A DNA stretch of 64,000 nucleotides from Antedon mediterranea (taxonomy: Eukaryota > Animalia > Echinodermata). The notes under the pieces were generated by a model that was not told the DNA's origin, ran no database searches, and saw nothing but the letters and a program-made list of their open reading frames with translations. The DNA lies in contig NC_092674.1 of the NCBI RefSeq assembly GCF_964355755.1, forward strand, positions 15,748,001 to 15,812,000, in the 5' to 3' direction. This document shows positions 1 through 8,398 of this stretch, one piece after another; the first letter of the stretch is position 1; each line of letters opens with the position of its first letter. Both the position numbers and the translations under genes were made by a program.

Positions 1-539
1 AATCGATACCTATAACAAGAAAACAACATTATTTATTAATAACGATGATCATGTAAATAAATAATAAGGATAATCAATGGTATTTCTGTTAAAATTACAA
101 ATGTAAGGAGCATTACTAGTAAAATGACAAAAGTACTGTAACCGAATAAGTAATGTAAGTAAGTTGCAGGCAGTGAGTTTTATTTAAGAAAAGGTTATTA
201 CAAATAATGTGGTAGAAAGAAGTTTCGTATCGATCAGTAAATTACCTGTAAAGGCCAACATTGTTATTGCAATGAATAAGTTGGTTTAATAATGTAAATC
301 ACATACCTGTGTCTGTCAACCTTTTCGATATACGGAGATTCACTGAAGATCTGACGAACACATTCTCTGACATTCCTCATATTATACTTCTCCGGACAAA
401 TTGTATCAATAATGTGCAGCACGTTTAGAGAACCGCTGGTAGTATCTGGACAACGGAGAAGAGCCGCCACAACAAGTTCTTGAAATGAGAGAGGCATCAT
501 CAATGTATCGGTGAGATCGGAGAACATCATGCAAGACAT
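1..539 (-). CDS. Divergent forkhead-like winged-helix gene, copy A (exon 1 539-307; exon 2 starts at 9 and runs off the window)
   Basis: PLSFQELVVAALLRCP...VRECVRQIFSESPYIEKVDR aligns by eye with forkhead PYSYIALITMAIQSSP...[20 protein letters not shown]. Donor AG|GTATGT at 307/306; acceptor TTTTCTTGTTATAG|G at 10/9. Confidence 0.6.
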
Positions 540-639
540 ATTTAGGTTATTCGTCGTTCGGATAATAGTCGAATGGTAGCTTTTCAGATAATTCAGTTGA
601 CTTTAATAGTTGAATGCCGTAGAAATCAAAGACACACCA

Positions 640-760
640 TTTTATAAATGTCTTTGTCGGTTAGATATTAATGAAAGAACAAGAAAAACACAATAGAAAC
701 AATGGCTGCGTTGAGTAACGCGGGCGCAATCGCAACAATAAACAATTTTAAAACAATAGA
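640..760 (-). promoter_or_regulatory. Candidate promoter of the forkhead-like gene: TATAAAA plus clustered Sox-type (ACAAT) and Fox-type (ATAAACA) motifs; repeated in each unit
   Basis: TATAAAA on the minus strand at 646-640, ~100 nt upstream of ATG 539. Five ACAAT cores between 690 and 759; ATAAACAA at 738-745. Confidence 0.4.
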
Positions 761-1023
761 AACGGTAAAGCAAAGAAAGCAGATAACACTTTAATGATTT
801 GTCGGTATGAAATTACAACTTCCAATACTATTAAAAACAACTAGCATTTAAATTTAGTTGATATGAAAATATGTTTGAGAATAGACTACAGTTAATGTAA
901 GTTACAGAAGAGTATATTACTATTTACATTATGACACTGTAACTGAATATAAATACCAGAATGACACTTGTACAACGATACCAAGCCAATATGTCAGCTA
1001 AGAAGGTGGTATGGCGTTTAAGC

Positions 1024-1189
1024 ATACTTACCTGGCACAGGAGCGACTTTGATCAGAAAGGAATGTCCTCCCAAGATGAGGCCTCAGCATTGCACACACG
1101 GCTGCGGTTGACCCTTGCGATTCCCCCAAACGTGGGGAACTCGGGTGTATAATTTATGGTAGCGGGGGACTGCGTTCGCGCTAACCCCA
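1024..1189 (+). ncRNA. RNU1: U1 spliceosomal snRNA, copy 1 (variant in loop I and SL IV)
   Basis: Starts ATACTTACCTGG. Loop I GATCAGAAAG; loop II ATTGCAC; SL III TTCCCCCAAACGTGGGGAA; Sm site AATTTATGG; SL IV GGGGGACTGCGTTCGCGCTAACCCC; ~166 nt. Confidence 0.96.
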
Positions 1190-1547
1190 ACCCCAATTCG
1201 ACATTAATATTAGATAAGCCTATGCAGTTCACGATAATCGTTAGTTTAATTAAGAACACTTGATATATAACTATTTATGGTTACATTATCTGTTTTGAAA
1301 CTTTGTTGGTTTGTAACTATTTATTTTCTCTTAACAACTATTGGTATAGCATATTGACAGGCGTTGAACGCTTCATAATTATTTCGAAGCGTACGAAGAA
1401 TAATATCAAACTCTAGATTAAACAAAATCAAGTAGTCTATTATAGAACTTACGTATTTAAATAATTTTATTACTTTCTGTTAAACGATAATTATATTTCA
1501 CTTACAATATGTATTAAATGCTATTTATTTATAGATATTTTATTTAT

Positions 1548-2400
1548 TTACATGTCATATTGTTCTTGTCGAAGAAGTTTGGCGATAGAAAACCTTTGAC
1601 ATTTTAGACTCAATGATGAAGACGTAGTATGTACAGCGTTTAATTGTTCTGTTTCAGTTTGTAAGCAATGTTGTTTTTCTTCGCCATTTCTATCGCTGCA
1701 ATTCAAGTGGTTTATGGATTGGAGATCTAGCTCCATCGGTGCATTGCGTGATATCGTATACAGGTATGCCACCCACTCGTTGTAAGTGTTGGATGTTACG
1801 TGGTACTTCGTTCCATTCACTATAATGATATATGGCAGATAGTATTGCCAACCGTCCTGTCAATCGATACCTATAACAAGAAAACAACATTATTTATTAA
1901 TAACGATGATCATGTAAATAAATAATAAGGATAATCAATGGTATTTCTGTTAAAATTACAAATGTAAGGAGCATTACTAGTAAAATGACAAAAGTACTGT
2001 AACCGAATAAGTAATGTAAGTAAGTTGCAGGCAGTGAGTTTTATTTAAGAAAAGGTTATTACAAATAATGTGGTAGAAAGAAGTTTCGTATCGATCAGTA
2101 AATTACCTGTAAAGGCCAACATTGTTATTGCAATGAATAAGTTGGTTTAATAATGTAAATCACATACCTGTGTCTGTCAACCTTTTCGATATACGGAGAT
2201 TCACTGAAGATCTGACGAACACATTCTCTGACATTCCTCATATTATACTTCTCCGGACAAATTTTATCAATAATGTGCAGCACGTTTAGAGAACCGCTGG
2301 TAGTATCTGGACAACGGAGAAGAGCCGCCACAACAAGTTCTTGAAATGAGAGAGGCATCATCAATGTATCGGTGAGATCGGAGAACATCATGCAAGACAT
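1548..2400 (-). pseudogene. Forkhead-like/eh1 gene, copy B (exons 2400-2168 and 1870-1548); +1 frameshift at 1856-1857, possibly an assembly error
   Basis: 297-nt GT-AG intron in phase 2. An extra C versus copy C shifts exon 2 out of the frame ending RFSIAKLLRQEQYDM*. AATAAA motifs lie at and just after the stop. Confidence 0.6.
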
Positions 2401-2884
2401 ATTTAGGTTATTCGTCGTTCGGATAATAGTCGAATTGTAGCTTTTCAGATAATTCAGTTGACTTTAATAGTTGAATGCCGTAGAAATCAAAGGCACACCA
2501 TTTTATAAATGTCTTTGTCGGTTAGATATTAATGAAAGAACAAGAAAAACACAATAGAAACAATGGCTGCGTTGAGTAACGCGGGCGCAATCGCAACAAT
2601 AAACAATTTTAAAACAATAGAAACGGTAAAGCAAAGAAAGCAGATGACACTTTAATGATTTGTCGGTATGAAATTACAACTTCCAATACTATTAAAAACA
2701 ACTAGCATTTAAATTTAGTTGATATGAAAATATGTTTGAGAATAGACTACAGTTAATGTAAGTTACAGAAGAGTATATTACTATTTACATTATGACACTG
2801 TAACTGAATATAAATACCAGAATGACACTTGTACAACGATACCAAGCCAATATGTCAGCTAAGAAGGTGGTATGGCGTTTAAGC

Positions 2885-3050
2885 ATACTTACCTGGCACA
2901 GGAGCGACTTTGATCAGGAAGGAATGTCCTCCCAAGATGAGGCCTCAGCATTGCACACACGGCTGCGGTTGACCCTTGCGATTCCCCCAAACGTGGGGAA
3001 CTCGGGTGTATAATTTATGGTAGCGGGGGACTGCGTTCGCGCTAACCCCC
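2885..3050 (+). ncRNA. RNU1: U1 spliceosomal snRNA, copy 2
   Basis: Same hallmarks. Loop I GATCAGGAAG fits the GAUCANGAAG consensus; SL IV closes GGGGG/CCCCC. Confidence 0.97.
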
Positions 3051-3408
3051 ACCCCAATTCGACATTAATATTAGATAAGCCTATGCAGTTCACGATAATC
3101 GTTAGTTTAATTAAGAACACTTGATATATAACTATTTATGGTTACATTATCTGTTTTGAAACTTTGTTGGTTTGTAACTATTTATTTTCCCTTAACAACT
3201 ATTGGTATAGCATATTGACAGGCGTTGAACGCTTCATAATTATTTCGAAGCGTACGAAGAATAATATCAAACTCTAGATTAAACAAAATCAAGTAGTCTA
3301 TTATAGAACTTACGTATTTAAATAATTTTATTACTTTCTGTTAAACGATAATTATATTTCACTTACAATATGTATTAAATGCTATTTATTTATAGATATT
3401 TTATTTAT

Positions 3409-4258
3409 TTACATGTCATATTGTTCTTGTCGAAGAAGTTTGGCGATAGAAAACCTTTGACATTTTAGACTCAATGATGAAGACGTAGTATGTACAGCGT
3501 TTAATTGTTCTGTTTCAGTTTGTAAGCAATGCTGTTTTTCTTCGCCATTTCTATCGCTGCAATTCAAGTGGTTTATGGATTGGAGATCTAGCTCCATCGG
3601 TGCATTGCGTGATATCGTATACAGGTATGCCACCCACTCGTTGTAAGTGTTGGATGTTACGTGGTACTTCGTTCCATTCACTATAATGATATATGGCAGA
3701 TAGTATTACCAACCGTCTGTCAATCGATACCTATAACAAGAAAACAACATTATTTATTAATAACGATGATCATGTAAATAAATAATAAGGATAATCAATG
3801 GTATTTCTGTTAAAATTACAAATGTAAGGAGCATTACTAGTAAAATGACAAAGTACTGTAACCGAATAAGTAATGTAAGTAAGTTGCAGGCAGTGAGTTT
3901 TATTTAAGAAAAGGTTATTACAAATAATGTGGTAGAAAGAAGTTTCGTATCGATCAGTAAATTACCTGTAAAAACCAACATTGTTATTGCAATGAATAAG
4001 TTGGTTTAATAATGTAAATCACATACCTGTGTCTGTCAACCTTTTCGATATACGGAGATTCACTGAAGATCTGACGAACACATTCTCTGACATTCCTCAT
4101 ATTATACTTCTCCGGACAAATTGTATCAATAATGTGCAGCACGTTTAGAGAACCGCTGGTAGTATCTGGACAACGGAGAAGAGCCGCCACAACAAGTTCT
4201 TGAAATGAGAGAGGCATCATCAATGTATCGGTGAGATCGGAGAACTCATGCAAGACAT
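3409..4258 (-). pseudogene. Forkhead-like/eh1 gene, copy C (exons 4258-4027 and 3730-3409); nonsense TAA at 3708-3706 and a 1-bp deletion near the start
   Basis: Exon 2 is 322 nt and in frame with exon 1 (HR|YRLTDGW*YYLPYIIIVNGTK...), but has TAA where copy B has CAA. Confidence 0.6.
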
Positions 4259-4742
4259 ATTTAGGTTATTCGTCGTTCGGATAATAGTCGAATGGTAGCT
4301 TTTCAGATAATTCAGTTGACTTTAATAGTTGAATGCCGTAGAAATCAAAAGCACACCATTTTATAAATGTCTTTGTCGGTTAGATATTAATGAAAGAACA
4401 AGAAAAACACAATAGAAACAATGGCTGCGTTGAGTAACGCGGGCGCAATCGCAACAATAAACAATTTTAAAACAATAGAAACGGTAAAGCAAAGAAAGCA
4501 GATGACACTTTAATGATTTGTCGGTATGAAATTACAACTTCCAATACTATTAAAAACAACTAGCATTTAAATTTAGTTGATATGAAAATATGTTTGAGAA
4601 TAGACTACAGTTAATGTAAGTTACAGAAGAGTATATTACTATTTACATTATGACACTGTAACTGAATATAAATACCAGAATGACACTTGTACAACGATAC
4701 CAAGCCAATATGTCAGCTAAGAAGGTGGTATGGCGTTTAAGC

Positions 4743-4908
4743 ATACTTACCTGGCACAGGAGCGACTTTGATCAGGAAGGAATGTCCTCCCAAGATGAGG
4801 CCTCAGCATTGCACGCACGGCTGCGGTTGACCCTTGCGATTCCCCCAAACGTGGGGAACTCGGGTGTATAATTTATGGTAGCGGGGGACTGCGTTCGCGC
4901 TAACCCCC
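4743..4908 (+). ncRNA. RNU1: U1 spliceosomal snRNA, copy 3
   Basis: Same hallmarks; loop II reads ATTGCACGCA (G4815) instead of ATTGCACACA. Confidence 0.97.
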
Positions 4909-5389
4909 ACCCCAATTCGACATTAATATTAGATAAGCCTATGCAGTTCACGATAATCGTTAGTTTAATTAAGAACACTTGATATATAACTATTTATGGT
5001 TACATTATCTGTTTTGAAACTTTGTTGGTTTGTAACTATTTATTTTCCCTTAACAACTATTGGTATAGCATATTGACAGGCGTTGAACGCTTCATAATTA
5101 TTTCGAAGCGTACGAAGAATAATATCAAACTCTAGATTAAACAAAATCAAGTAGTCTATTATAGAACTTACGTATTTAAATAATTTTATTACTTTCTGTT
5201 AAACGATAATTATATTTCACTTACAATATGTATTAAATGCTATTTATTTATAGATATTTTATTTATTTACATGTCATATTGTTCTTGTCGAAGAAGTTTG
5301 GCGATAGAAAACCTTTGGCATTTTAGACTCAATAAAGAAGACGTAGTATGTATATATATTAATCAAGGTTTATTTATTTTAATTGTTCT

Positions 5390-5850
5390 TTTAAGATCAG
5401 AACTTATATGTTGGCCTAGAATTTTTTTACGGAGTCAACCACATTGATAATTTCGTTATTAATACTGAATGGATCAATATTAAGTACTCTTTCATAATTG
5501 ACATTCATAGAAGCACATTTACTTTGATTAATTTCCATAATATATTAATGTGCCCAAACTGTTAACTAGTCCAGTTCAATCTGCATATTGCGTCTATGGA
5601 TATCGTTTCTAAATGTGGACTCGATAATCGTCATATCATCAACAAATTTTGTTCGATATGTCAACATCGTTATTCATGCAAAGGAATCCCAAAGGTTCTA
5701 ATTTAGTTCCTTGTGGGATACCTGCGCGGAGGGTGACAACTTTAAAGTTAACACCTTGGTAGGAGACGTATTGTGTGATCTACTTGTTAAGAAGTCACAT
5801 ACCCATGGCATGATTTCTGGTCTAGCACCAAGTTAAAGCACTCAATTGCT
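5390..5850 (-). mobile_element. Degenerate non-LTR retrotransposon RT fragment
   Basis: The minus strand gives GIPQGTKL (5722-), KFVDDMT (5649-5629) and NEIINVVDSVK..LGQHISSDLK, broken by frameshifts. Confidence 0.75.
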
Positions 5851-5869
5851 TCTATGAATGGTATTAACC

Positions 5870-6466
5870 CTGGGCTTCTTTTCAAGATAGTATGGGCTTC
5901 TTTTCGAGATAGACTACTATACTGTATTAAGAATGAGGTTTATTAACTGAACGTCAAAGGAACAGAAATAAACAATACAAACACGTGATTAAGAGTTAGG
6001 ATAATTTAATGCCAGATACTTGTGATGCAGACTGATGATAATAATTAATATGTATGATCGCGTTTATCATACATTTATTGTACAGTTTATTGTCGTCCAA
6101 ATGGTGCTTTGATCGCATCTTGTATCTTTTTCTTGTCTGCTTCGTTGGAAAATATGTAAAATCGGCAGGGAATTTCCACAAATGATTGTATTACGGTGAA
6201 TCATAGGACTGTTTTTTTTTTGCTTTTTATATTGTTTTTTTAATTGGTATATTAAACATAATTTCATGATTAAAAAAATGTCTCAAAAGTCATATTATTG
6301 TAGTAGAAATTCACAAAATTTACAGCATGCATCTCGAAAAGAAGCCCCCTCTACAGTTTGCAAAAGTACTCTCGAAAAGAAGCCCATCTCGAAAAGAAGC
6401 CCATCTCGAAAAGAAGCCCACCCAAGAGCACTAAAAAAGGAAGAAGCCCATGGGCTTCTTTTCGAG
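5870..6466. mobile_element. Probable non-autonomous DNA element with inverted subterminal repeats (ATCTCGAAAAGAAGCCC)
   Basis: TGGGCTTCTTTTCGAGAT copies at 5871-5910; reverse-complement copies at 6331-6420; palindrome AAGAAGCCCATGGGCTTCTT at 6441-6460. Confidence 0.55.
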
Positions 6467-6487
6467 GTTTTACGGTATACGACGAGG

Positions 6488-8192
6488 GTCTACGACAACT
6501 ACCCCCTGGACAACTACCACCCGGACAACTACCACCCAGACAATAACCCCCTGGAAAATCACCCTCCTAGGACAAATACCCCCCGGACAACTACCCTCTT
6601 AGGACAACTACCCCCTAGGCCAATTATCCCCTAGGACAACTACCCCCTAGGACAACTACCCTCTAGGACAACTACCTCCTAGGACAACTACCCTCTAGGA
6701 CAACTACCCCTAGGACAATTACCCCCTAGGAAAACTACCCTCTAGCTACCCACTAGGAACAACTACAGCTTACGATTGGTAACCAAATTAACAAGCTGCT
6801 TCTTTTGGTGCTAATTTTATTGTAAAATCAAATGGTGTGTAAAGAGGGGACTACGAGGGCGTTGTACCACACTATAAATACATATAACAATATTTGAGGT
6901 GAAATTATTAAAATATCCTAACATTTTTAGTATATTTTGTAATAACTGTAGCGATATTTATTTTTTTTTTAACTTCTAGGACAAACTATGAAAAACGATT
7001 TCCTCAATTGGCGCAGTTAGCTATGTTTTCAAAATAGGAAGACTAAGAAATGTATGAACTGTCAAACGGGGGAGAGAGAGATTGATTTTCAAATCGTCTA
7101 ATGTAATCAATTGTTTTATAGTGTAGGTTTTTTTAAATCTAAAGTCAAATTAGGAGGTTCTGTTCTGTAGAAAACGAATTGGAATAAAATGAAATAAGTA
7201 GAAATGTTTAAGTAATAGAAAATCATGGATATAATTATTCTTTAGGTTCTAAAAACGTTTATTGTTCTATTTTGTCAGGAGTGGAAAAAAAATGTAAAAA
7301 CAAATCAATTTAAGTTCTTCTATGAAGTAGTAACAGCCAAATCAATATTCCATTATTACTGGACTTTTAGTAGTAAACGTATAATGTCATTAAACAGCAT
7401 AATATAGCTCTACGGTAAAACATTTGTTTTGAAAAAGAAAAGATAGAACAAAATCGGGCCAATTTTATCGATAATAAGGGGCTTCTCCAGTCCCACTATC
7501 TTACAACTACCCTCTAGTCCAACTGCTATGCCCCTAGGACAACTACCCCTCTCGAACAACAACACTCTCTGAACAACCACATCTTCACCTTGGATTATTA
7601 TTACGATCTTGTAAATCTTACTGAACTTCAAAAGGGAGAGAGATTGATCTTAAATGAAAGACTGTTTGATTGACTGGTGCAGCTACAACTGTAGGTAAAC
7701 TGTATGTTCCTAGATTTATATACGGCATCTTCATGTCACACAAGAATAAAATAAGCCACCCCTTTATTTTTCAAGAATGCATTTTAATAATGTGATCAAT
7801 TCTCGTTTAATGTAAAATAACTGCCGACGATACGCATATTAAAAAAAAATCAAAAGCTATCATATAAGCAATCACTCTCCCTATGTTTTAAAGTTCAGTA
7901 AGTTTTACAAGATCGTAATTATAACCCAAGGTGTAGGTGTCATATGATATAGGTGTGGTTGTTCATAGGGTGTTGTTGTCCTAGGGGAATAGCAGTTGGA
8001 CTAGAGGGTAGGCCTAGTTGTCCCAGGAGGGTGCCTGGTTGTCCTAGAGGGTAGTTGTCCGGGTGGGAGTTGTTCTAAGGGGGTAGTTGTCCTAGAGGGT
8101 AGTTGTCCTAGGGGGTAATTGTCCGGGTGGTAGTTGTCCTAGGGGGATCATTGTCCGGGTGGTAATTGTCCAGTGGGTAGTTGTCCGGATAC
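6488..8192. mobile_element. Foldback-type non-autonomous DNA transposon(s) with tandem GGACAACTACCCCCT subterminal repeats
   Basis: 15-16-bp motif array at 6490-6770 and its reverse complement at 7970-8190; additional inverted pair ~7505-7650 / ~7870-8010. Confidence 0.75.
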
Positions 8193-8398
8193 GCATAATG
8201 TGAATGATGAACTACAATCAAAGAACTTATAACTTTGCTACAATCTTTGGGAGTAGAGTCTCTGAAATTTAATAACGTTGGCGGCGCAGTTCGTGTCAAA
8301 AACGCAGAGACATCATCAATTATGTTTTTTTCACAGATTATTATACGTCGACGACGGTGCAATGAAAAAAGATAAATAGGAACGTTGTCAAGACAAAA

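Larger units (their letters stand above)
1..5352. repeat. Tandem macrosatellite, ~1860-bp unit (U1 snRNA + forkhead-like gene); ~2.9 units visible, runs off the left edge
   Basis: Position 1 recurs at 1862 and 3722. Units differ by a few substitutions and 1-bp indels. Similarity ends at ~5352 (ACGTAGTATGTA|TATATATT). Confidence 0.97.

Noticed and set aside
1190-1230. U1 3' box and exact PSE
   Set aside because: No match to a consensus I can defend for this lineage; left uncalled.
961-1259. 63-aa (+) and 68-aa (-) ORFs repeated in each unit
   Set aside because: They overlap the U1 snRNA; their recurrence is explained by the tandem repeat.
1690-1890. 66-aa ORF as the true exon-2 frame
   Set aside because: Open from the acceptor only in the copy with the extra C. 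The other frame reaches the eh1-like motif and stops at the poly(A) signals. Not fully excluded without transcripts.
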